IMG/VR virus record: IMGVR_UViG_3300025684_000010
Reading direction: 5' to 3' (one strand)
DNA: 64,000 bases
DNA from: a virus
In this document: piece by piece, positions 56,884 through 64,000 of the stretch
Layout of the letters: every line of letters begins with the position of its first letter
Position numbering within the stretch: the stretch's first letter is position 1
Program-made: the position numbers and the translations under genes
The notes under the pieces: generated by a model
What the model was told of the DNA's origin: nothing
The model's database searches: none
Seen by the model: the letters and a program-made list of their open reading frames with translations, nothing else

Positions 56884-57105
56884 ATGCCAGTAAATGACAT
56901 CATCCAACAAGCGTTTGACAATAACCCGCTTAACCTTAAGAAAGCTTTTGACGACGAAATGACAAGTCGTGTAAGAGCAGCTTTAAATCAGAAATATCAA
57001 GATATGACTGATGAGCATCCTGAAGTTGCCGAAGTCGAAGCAATGGGTTCTGAAGATACTTTTGACGAAGTCGAAGAGTCAGTAGAAACACCAGAAGAAG
57101 ACTGA
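56884..57105 (+). CDS. Small acidic-tailed protein, possibly gp67-like prohead core
   Basis: Helical N-terminus and D/E tail; after the late promoter at 56843. Confidence 0.4.
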   Translation: MPVNDIIQQAFDNNPLNLKKAFDDEMTSRVRAALNQKYQDMTDEHPEVAEVEAMGSEDTFDEVEESVETPEED

Positions 57106-57106
57106 T

Positions 57107-57490
57107 ATGTTTAACCAATTGTTCATAGGAATCATATTGGTACTCAGTCTTGGTGGCTATTGGTTATATTCAGAAAACCAAACTCTTAAAGCAAACAACG
57201 TTAAATTAGAAGGCGCAGTGGCAGAACAGAAAGCTGCCATTGAAGCCATCACTGAAAACTTTGAGAGACAAACAAAATCTTTAGTCAACCTTCAACGTAA
57301 TTATAATCAAATAGAACAAGAGAAAGATCAGTACCTTGCTATATTTGCTAAACATAACTTTGATAAACTTGCCATTGCTAAACCTGGTCTAATGGAAAAA
57401 AGATTCAACGACGGTACAGCAGCAGTATTTGGAGACATAGAGAATGACAGCAAAGCTATTAGCCAGCTTGACGCTCCTGACGTTCCTTAG
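57107..57490 (+). CDS. Inner-membrane spanin (Rz-like)
   Basis: N-terminal TM plus coiled coil; overlaps a lipoprotein gene. Confidence 0.7.
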   Translation: MFNQLFIGIILVLSLGGYWLYSENQTLKANNVKLEGAVAEQKAAIEAITENFERQTKSLVNLQRNYNQIEQEKDQYLAIFAKHNFDKLAIAKPGLMEKRFNDGTAAVFGDIENDSKAISQLDAPDVP

Positions 57491-57971
57491 CGGTTGTAGT
57501 ACCCTTCAGAACGTCTTTGGCTCTAAAGAAATTGAGATCGTAACAAAACCAGTTAAGATTGAGATAATCCAACCTTCCTTACCACGTCCTATAGATCTAC
57601 AAGATCCAAAGTGGTATGTTGTCTCAGAAGCAATCATCACCAATCCATGTAAAGGACTACCTACGGGTGAGATAGATGACGATGGAAAACCTAAAACCAA
57701 AAGGCCGAAGGATTGTACCTTAGAAGAAAGAGACCATCCAGATTGGCCTGTGGGATACACCTACCTCGACAAGTTCTTAGATGAAATGAAAAAGAAAAAC
57801 AACGGAGACATAGTCTTTGTGGCAATGACCGTTGGTGACTATCAAATGATGGCTAAGAACACTCAAGAACTCCGTAGATACATTCGTGAATTGGGCGAAG
57901 TCATTGTATATTATAGAAATGTAACGATTGACGACGAACCTGCTGCTGGTCTTGCAGTAGAGAAAAAATAA
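57444..57971 (+). CDS. Outer-membrane lipoprotein spanin (Rz1-like)
   Basis: Lipobox LSGC, Pro-rich periplasmic part; 47-bp overlap with the i-spanin. Confidence 0.7.
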   Translation: MTAKLLASLTLLTFLSGCSTLQNVFGSKEIEIVTKPVKIEIIQPSLPRPIDLQDPKWYVVSEAIITNPCKGLPTGEIDDDGKPKTKRPKDCTLEERDHPDWPVGYTYLDKFLDEMKKKNNGDIVFVAMTVGDYQMMAKNTQELRRYIRELGEVIVYYRNVTIDDEPAAGLAVEKK

Positions 57972-58037
57972 ACTCTATTTAACTCTGAATAGTAGTGAAT
58001 AGTAGGATATCGACCCTAACCTATTGATAAATAACTA

Positions 58038-58066
58038 TTGACATAACATGCTTAATGTGTTATAAT
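58038..58066 (+). promoter_or_regulatory. Sigma70-consensus promoter (second copy at 58578-58606 before primase)
   Basis: TTGACA-N17-TATAAT. Confidence 0.8.
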
Positions 58067-58086
58067 AACAATTAAGGAATAGACTG

Positions 58087-58581
58087 ATGGCCGATGAATT
58101 AAACGCTGTAAAGACTGACGTCGCGTTAATTAAAAAAGATATAAATCAGATCGGTCGATTTTTCGACAGGGTCGATAATGCAGTAGACGCAATGGCAGGC
58201 ATACAAAAGACATTGGCAGTTCAAAATCAGATCATTATGAACTTTAATGATAAGCTTGAAGATCAAGCAGAGTTGATTGAAGAGAATAAAAGACTAGACA
58301 AAGAACGTTCTGCTGTATTAGGCGATAGAATGGAAGTATATCGTAAGTCGTCAAAAGAAGATCATCAACGTATACATGATCAGAATCAACTTCATCGTAA
58401 AGAACGTAACGAAGAAATCATAAAAGAGTTAAAATCTATTGATAACAGGTTTAGTGAACGTCTTACGATAATTGAAACGAAGTTAGCTAGTGTTGAGAGG
58501 TGGAAGTATTACATGATGGGTATATCTGCTGCCATTATCTTCATCATATCAAAATTGGATATTACCTCATTTATTAGTTGA
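58087..58581 (+). CDS. Coiled-coil protein with C-terminal TM helix
   Basis: Heptad pattern; C-terminal hydrophobic segment; directly upstream of primase. Confidence 0.6.
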   Translation: MADELNAVKTDVALIKKDINQIGRFFDRVDNAVDAMAGIQKTLAVQNQIIMNFNDKLEDQAELIEENKRLDKERSAVLGDRMEVYRKSSKEDHQRIHDQNQLHRKERNEEIIKELKSIDNRFSERLTIIETKLASVERWKYYMMGISAAIIFIISKLDITSFIS

Positions 58582-58642
58582 CAGCGTGCTAAAAATTTGT
58601 TATAATAGATTTTAATAACAGATATTTCGGATTTTATATATT

Positions 58643-59668
58643 ATGCTTGACTTTGTTGATATCCAGTACGCCCAACATTTGGCGGGGCGACTCGACCGAT
58701 ATCGTATCAAAAACACAAACCCTTACAAGATCAACTTTCGTTGTCCTTTATGCGGCGACTCGAAAAAGAACAAATCAAAAGCCCGTGGTTGGCTACTTGA
58801 ACGCGAGAACAAGTTGTTCTATTTCTGTCATAACTGTGGTGCAAGCCATATCTTCGGCAATTTCCTTAAGGTTGTCGACCCATTAGCTTATAATGATTAC
58901 GTTGCCGAAAAATTCATTGGCAAGGCAAATAATACTCCGGAAACAGCAACATCAACTCTAGAGTCAACCAAATTTACCCAACCAAATTTCTCTCATGGAG
59001 AACCATTAAAAAAGTTAAAAAAAATCAGCCAGCTTGAACATTCCCACCCAGTAAAGAAATATATAGATAAAAGGTCTATTCCTTCTAAGCACCATTACCG
59101 ACTCTACTTTGCACCTAAGTTTAAGGAATGGATAAATGGAATAGTACCAGGTAAGTTTGAGAACGTCAAGTATGATGAATCTCGACTCGTAATACCGTTC
59201 TTAGATAAAGACGGCAAATGTTTCGGTGTATCGGCAAGGTCAATGGATCCTAATGCGTTTCTTCGTTATATTACTATTATGTTTGATGAAGTACCTAAAC
59301 TGTATGGACTCGACAAAGTAAACTTTAACGAAAGGTATTATGTCGTTGAAGGCGCTCTTGATAGTATGTTTCTATCAAACGCAATCGCAATGAACGGAGC
59401 AGATGGAAATACTAATTCGCTCGAAAGGGTGGATAATGCAGTCTTCGTCTTTGATGCTGAACCTCGTAATTTAGAGATTCACAAAAGAATGGAGAAGATT
59501 ATCGATGCAGGGCACAGTGTGGTTATATGGCCACATAATATACCTGGCAAAGATATTAATGAAATGGTTCTCGATGGAAGTATATCCTGCGTTGAGAGTT
59601 TGATGAGAACAATTACATATAAAGGTTTAGAGGCTAAATTAAAATTTCAACAATGGAAAAGGACATAA
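58643..59668 (+). CDS. 61: DNA primase gp61
   Basis: RCPLCGDS...CHNCG zinc finger, VEGALDSMF, DAEPRN, KDINEM. Confidence 0.95.
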   Translation: MLDFVDIQYAQHLAGRLDRYRIKNTNPYKINFRCPLCGDSKKNKSKARGWLLERENKLFYFCHNCGASHIFGNFLKVVDPLAYNDYVAEKFIGKANNTPETATSTLESTKFTQPNFSHGEPLKKLKKISQLEHSHPVKKYIDKRSIPSKHHYRLYFAPKFKEWINGIVPGKFENVKYDESRLVIPFLDKDGKCFGVSARSMDPNAFLRYITIMFDEVPKLYGLDKVNFNERYYVVEGALDSMFLSNAIAMNGADGNTNSLERVDNAVFVFDAEPRNLEIHKRMEKIIDAGHSVVIWPHNIPGKDINEMVLDGSISCVESLMRTITYKGLEAKLKFQQWKRT

Positions 59669-59675
59669 GTATATA

Positions 59676-60374
59676 ATGAAAGTTAAATTGATTTCCCACA
59701 GTCAAGTACAAGATCTTGTTGGATCCCCAAAAGAAGATCTTAAAAATGATTCGTCACTGTTAGGTTTAGTGGCTTATTGCGCAAGAGTAAGTAATCCTAG
59801 TAATCAAAACAATACAGCAACAAACAGCAAGCTTGTCAATTATTTGGTAAAGCATAAACATTGGTCACCTTTAGAAATGGTTAGTGTTTGTTTAGAAATA
59901 GAAACGACAAGAGATATCGCTCGTCAATTGCTAAGGCACCGTAGTTTCTCCTTTCAAGAATTTAGTCAACGATACGCAAACCCTCTCGAAGATTTAGAGA
60001 TGGTAACTCGTGAGGCAAGATTCCAAGATCTAAAGAATCGTCAGAATAGTGTCGCAATTGATCCTACAGATGAAAAGCAAAGAAGAATAGCAGAAGATTG
60101 GAATATGAAACAAATGGCGTTCATTAAACAATCAAAAGATTTATACCAATGGGCAATTAACTCGGGTATAGCAAAAGAACAGGCAAGGGCTGTTTTACCA
60201 GAAGGTAATACAGTTTCAAGATTATATGTTAACGGTACATTGAGATCATGGATTCATTATATTGAATTACGATCTGGAAATGGAACTCAGCTTGAACACA
60301 TGGAAGTTGCACGCCGTGTTGGTGAAGTAATTACTAACGTCTTTCCCTTAGCAGAAAATTACATACAAGAATAA
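59676..60374 (+). CDS. thyX: Flavin-dependent thymidylate synthase
   Basis: HWSPLE, RQLLRHRSFSFQEFSQRY, QARAVLP. Confidence 0.95.
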   Translation: MKVKLISHSQVQDLVGSPKEDLKNDSSLLGLVAYCARVSNPSNQNNTATNSKLVNYLVKHKHWSPLEMVSVCLEIETTRDIARQLLRHRSFSFQEFSQRYANPLEDLEMVTREARFQDLKNRQNSVAIDPTDEKQRRIAEDWNMKQMAFIKQSKDLYQWAINSGIAKEQARAVLPEGNTVSRLYVNGTLRSWIHYIELRSGNGTQLEHMEVARRVGEVITNVFPLAENYIQE

Positions 60375-60388
60375 TAACGGAGTAGAGA

Positions 60389-62179
60389 ATGCAACATTTA
60401 GGAATTGAAATCCAAACAAAGAGGGATAAGACATTATCAGAACAATCATTTAAATTGTTAAAAGATTATTATTGTCGTGATGAAGAGAAGTCTCCGCAGA
60501 TGGCTTTTGCCAGAGCTGCAGTTGCATTTTGTGGTGGTAACATGAAACTTGCCCAACGTATATATGATTATGTATCTCAAGGTTGGTTTATGTATTCATC
60601 TCCTGTACTGTCTAATGCAGTCTTAAAAGGAGAAAAAGTAAAATCGTTGCCAATTAGTTGTTTCTTAACTTATGTACCTGATACTTTAGACGGATTGATT
60701 GACCATACTGCAGAGTTGCGATGGTTGTCTGTTAAAGGTGGCGGAGTAGGTGGTCATTGGTCAGACGTACGAGCCGTATCAAAGAAAGCTCCAGGACCGA
60801 TGCCGTTTCTACATACAGTTGATGCTGATATGGTTGCGTACCGTCAAGGCAGAACAAGAAAAGGTTCTTATGCAGCTTATATGGATATTGACCATCCGGA
60901 TATTGTAGAATTTATTAATATGCGTATTCCAACAGGAGACGTAAATCGAAAGAATTTAAACCTTCATCATGCAGTGAATTGTACTGATGCGTTTATGGAA
61001 GCAGTAAAAGAAGGAAAGCAATGGGGTTTATTAGATCCTAATGACCAAACAGTTCGTGAAATGGTTGATGCTCGTAAGCTATGGGAATTAGTATTAGAAA
61101 CAAGATATCGTACAGGTGAACCGTATATTAACTTTATTGATACTGCCAATGCAGCATTACCTCAATCTCAAAAGGACTTAGGTTTATCAATCAAAGGATC
61201 TAACTTATGTAATGAGATACACCTTGTGACCAACGAAGAAAGAACAGCGGTATGTTGTTTGTCTTCAGTTAATTTAGAAACATATAATGAATGGAAAGAT
61301 ACCAATATGGTTAAAGACCTTATTGTGTTCTTGGACAATGTATTACAGTTCTTTATTGATAATGCAGGTGATGAAATTAGCAAAGCAAGATATAGTGCAA
61401 CACAGGAAAGATCTTTAGGTCTGGGTGCAATGGGATTACATTCCTATTTACAGAAAATGAATATTGCATTTAATAGTCAAGAAGCTGTTGATGCTAACGA
61501 AGAGATCTTTAGTACCATTAAACGAAAGGCAGATGAAGCAACATTAGAAATGGGCAAGAGACGTGGCGAGGCTCCTGATATGAAAGGAACTGGTCGTCGT
61601 AATGCTCATATGTTAGCAATTGCTCCTAATGCAAATAGTTCTATGATAGTTAATACATCGCCTTCTATTGAACCTTGGAAAGCAAATGCGTTTACTTCAA
61701 GAACAAGAGTGGGTAGTCACTTAAATAAAAATCCATACCTAGAAAAAGTATTGGCAGATTTAGGCAAGAATACAGATGCGGTATGGTCAACTATTATTAC
61801 AAGTGGTGGCTCAGTTCAACATCTAGACTTTCTAGATGATCATGTAAAGAACGTTTTTAGAACGGCAATAGAATTGGATCAACACTATTTAATTAAGCTA
61901 GCAGGAGATCGACAAAAGTATTTATGTCAAGGACAAAGCTTGAATATCTTTTTCCCAGCTGGCGCAGAAAAGAAATATTTGCATTCAGTCCATTTTCAAG
62001 CGTGGGCACAAGGATGTAAAGGATTATATTATTTAAGAACAGAGTCATCAAGCAAGGCAGAAAACGTTTCTCAGAAAGTAGAACGCGAAAAGTTAGATGA
62101 TATTATTAACCCAAACTCAATTAAGTTCAGTAATGGCTCGGAGGAACAACAAGATGAGTGTATCGCCTGTGAAGGATGA
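60389..62179 (+). CDS. nrdA: Class Ia ribonucleotide reductase alpha subunit
   Basis: ISCFL, GSNLCNEI, AIAPNANS, KGLYYLRT, C-terminal CIAC. Confidence 0.95.
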   Translation: MQHLGIEIQTKRDKTLSEQSFKLLKDYYCRDEEKSPQMAFARAAVAFCGGNMKLAQRIYDYVSQGWFMYSSPVLSNAVLKGEKVKSLPISCFLTYVPDTLDGLIDHTAELRWLSVKGGGVGGHWSDVRAVSKKAPGPMPFLHTVDADMVAYRQGRTRKGSYAAYMDIDHPDIVEFINMRIPTGDVNRKNLNLHHAVNCTDAFMEAVKEGKQWGLLDPNDQTVREMVDARKLWELVLETRYRTGEPYINFIDTANAALPQSQKDLGLSIKGSNLCNEIHLVTNEERTAVCCLSSVNLETYNEWKDTNMVKDLIVFLDNVLQFFIDNAGDEISKARYSATQERSLGLGAMGLHSYLQKMNIAFNSQEAVDANEEIFSTIKRKADEATLEMGKRRGEAPDMKGTGRRNAHMLAIAPNANSSMIVNTSPSIEPWKANAFTSRTRVGSHLNKNPYLEKVLADLGKNTDAVWSTIITSGGSVQHLDFLDDHVKNVFRTAIELDQHYLIKLAGDRQKYLCQGQSLNIFFPAGAEKKYLHSVHFQAWAQGCKGLYYLRTESSSKAENVSQKVEREKLDDIINPNSIKFSNGSEEQQDECIACEG

Positions 62180-62198
62180 TAGAAAAGTAGGAAGAAAA

Positions 62199-63407
62199 AT
62201 GGAAGTATTAATTTATACTAAATCAAATTGCCCATTTTGCGAAAAGGCAAAAGCATGGTTTACACAACATGGATTTGGATATACACAGGTTGTGTTAGAT
62301 GATGAAGAACAGAGACTCGCGTTTTATCAAAGAATCTCTAATGGTAAGGAAGTAAGATCCGTACCGCAAATCTTCATTGACGACAAACATATAGGTACGT
62401 ATAACGACCTTATGGCAATCTCTGATACGTTAATTAAAAAACAAGGTGGTCTAATGGAATTCAGTGAGACGTATAAACCGTTTCATTATCCTTGGGCTGT
62501 TGAAATTACAACAAGACATGAGAAAGCGCATTGGATCGAAGACGAATTGGATTTGTCTGAAGATGTTGCTGATTGGAAAGGCGGTAAGATTACGCAAATT
62601 GAGAAAGACTATATTACAAACATTCTAAGATTGTTTACACAGTCTGATGTTGCTGTTGGTCAGAACTATTTTGACCAGTTTATTCCTAAGTTTAAGAATA
62701 ACGAAATTCGTAATATGTTAGGATCGTTTGCAGCAAGAGAAGGCATTCATCAGCGTGCTTATGCGTTATTGAATGAAACGTTAGGTTTACCTGATAGTGA
62801 ATATCATGCATTCTTAGATTATTCTGAAATGGCTAATAAGATTGACTATATGCGTAAAGCAGATACCAATACTCTACGCGGCCTAGGGTTGTCAATTGCT
62901 AAATCTGTATTTAACGAAGGTGTTGCTTTATTTGCTTCTTTCGTTATGTTACTTAACTTTCAACGTTTCGGTAAAATGAAAGGTATGGGTAAAGTAGTAG
63001 AATGGTCAATTCGTGATGAATCAATTCACGTTGAAGGTAACTCTAAATTGTTCAAGGCGTTTATTAAAGAACATAGTCGTGTTGTAGATGATGAGTTCAA
63101 AAAAGAGATCTACGAAATGTCAAAAGATATTGTAGATCTCGAAGATAAGTTCATTGATCTTGCCTACGCAATGGGAAACATTGAAGGTCTGGAAAAATCA
63201 GAAGTAAAAGAATATATAAAATATATAACAGACAGAAGATTATTACAGCTAGGCATGAAACCGAACTTTAAGGTAAAAGACAATCCATTACCTTGGTTAG
63301 AATGGGTACTCAACGGAGCAGACCATACAAACTTCTTCGAAAATCGTGTAACCGAATATGAGGTTGCTGGTTTAGAAGGAACTTGGGACGATGCCTACGC
63401 AAGCTAA
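62199..63407 (+). CDS. nrdB: Glutaredoxin-NrdB fusion (RNR beta subunit)
   Basis: N-terminal Grx (CPFC, SVPQIF, IGTY) in frame with NrdB (FTQSD, EGIHQRAY, NEG, DESIH). Start at MEVLIY. Confidence 0.92.
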   Translation: MEVLIYTKSNCPFCEKAKAWFTQHGFGYTQVVLDDEEQRLAFYQRISNGKEVRSVPQIFIDDKHIGTYNDLMAISDTLIKKQGGLMEFSETYKPFHYPWAVEITTRHEKAHWIEDELDLSEDVADWKGGKITQIEKDYITNILRLFTQSDVAVGQNYFDQFIPKFKNNEIRNMLGSFAAREGIHQRAYALLNETLGLPDSEYHAFLDYSEMANKIDYMRKADTNTLRGLGLSIAKSVFNEGVALFASFVMLLNFQRFGKMKGMGKVVEWSIRDESIHVEGNSKLFKAFIKEHSRVVDDEFKKEIYEMSKDIVDLEDKFIDLAYAMGNIEGLEKSEVKEYIKYITDRRLLQLGMKPNFKVKDNPLPWLEWVLNGADHTNFFENRVTEYEVAGLEGTWDDAYAS

Positions 63408-63420
63408 CTAGGCGTAGAAT

Positions 63421-64000
63421 ATGATTAATAAACAACCTTTCCAAAATGTGGTTGACAAATTAAAGGAAGAAGGTAAGTACAGGGTATTTAACGATATCGT
63501 TCGTGATAAAGGAAACTTTCCTAAAGCGACTTGGTACTCACCTTATTCTCCAAAGACAATTGTCAATTGGTGCTCAAATGATTATTTGGGAATGGGACAA
63601 AACAAGTATGTAATTGACGCAATGCAAACCGCATTGTTAAAGACAGGAAGTGGTAGTGGTGGTACTCGCAATATTGGCGGTACCTCTCATTATCATGTTA
63701 CACTTGAAAATGTAATTGCGAAATTGCATCAAAAAGAAAGTGGTTTATTATTTACTTCTGCTTATGTAGCAAACGAATGGGCGTTAATTGCGCTATCTCG
63801 TATCATTCCTGATATATGTTTTGTTTCGGACAACAAGAATCATGCCTCAATGATTATGGGTATGAAACATAGTCGTGCTCCTAAACATGTATTTGAACAT
63901 AATGATATGGAATCGTTAGAAGAATGTTTACAAGTTACAGTTGAAGCTGGTTATGTACCATGTATTGTATTTGAATCAGTATATAGTATGGATGGAGATG
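63421..64000 (+). CDS. hemA: 5-aminolevulinate synthase (Shemin pathway, PLP-dependent), truncated by the window edge
   Basis: Manual translation: EGKYRVF, WCSNDYLGMGQ, GSGGTRNIGGT, LLFTSAYVANE, NHASMIMG, FEHND, FESVYSMDG. Confidence 0.9.
   Translation, partial: MINKQPFQNVVDKLKEEGKYRVFNDIVRDKGNFPKATWYSPYSPKTIVNWCSNDYLGMGQNKYVIDAMQTALLKTGSGSGGTRNIGGTSHYHVTLENVIAKLHQKESGLLFTSAYVANEWALIALSRIIPDICFVSDNKNHASMIMGMKHSRAPKHVFEHNDMESLEECLQVTVEAGYVPCIVFESVYSMDGD

Overview
The window is 64 kb of an AT-rich T4-like (Tevenvirinae/Kyanoviridae-style) myophage genome; gene content suggests a marine phage of a Gram-negative, possibly alphaproteobacterial, host (inference). 1-24.3 kb (minus strand): a putative cytosine-hypermodification locus (gp42-like dCMP hydroxymethylase, dCMP deaminase, Nmad1-like protein, HAD/kinase fusion, GT-A and BGT-like glycosyltransferases, cytidylyltransferase, C5-methyltransferase), gp43, gp46/47, peptide deformylase, gp55, uvsW/uvsY, gp3, two FkbM methyltransferases and topoisomerase II. 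24.4-32.1 kb (plus): small early genes, two tRNA-Arg genes, a PMM-like HAD and a TorF-like porin. 32-35.5 kb: IscA, lipase, heme oxygenase and a bilin reductase. 36-40.6 kb: gp33, gp59, gp32, uvsX, gp41. 40.7-56 kb: late genes, many starting with a T4 capsid-targeting-like decapeptide (kinase, ligase-like, nuclease-like, cytidylyltransferase, RimK/protease), interrupted by a glycan-modification cassette. 56-64 kb: endolysin, spanins, primase, ThyX, NrdA, a Grx-NrdB fusion and a 5-aminolevulinate synthase cut by the window edge. I count 21 perfect TTGACA-N17-TATAAT promoters and several TATAAATA late promoters. All protein assignments come from motif recognition by eye; no database search was run.
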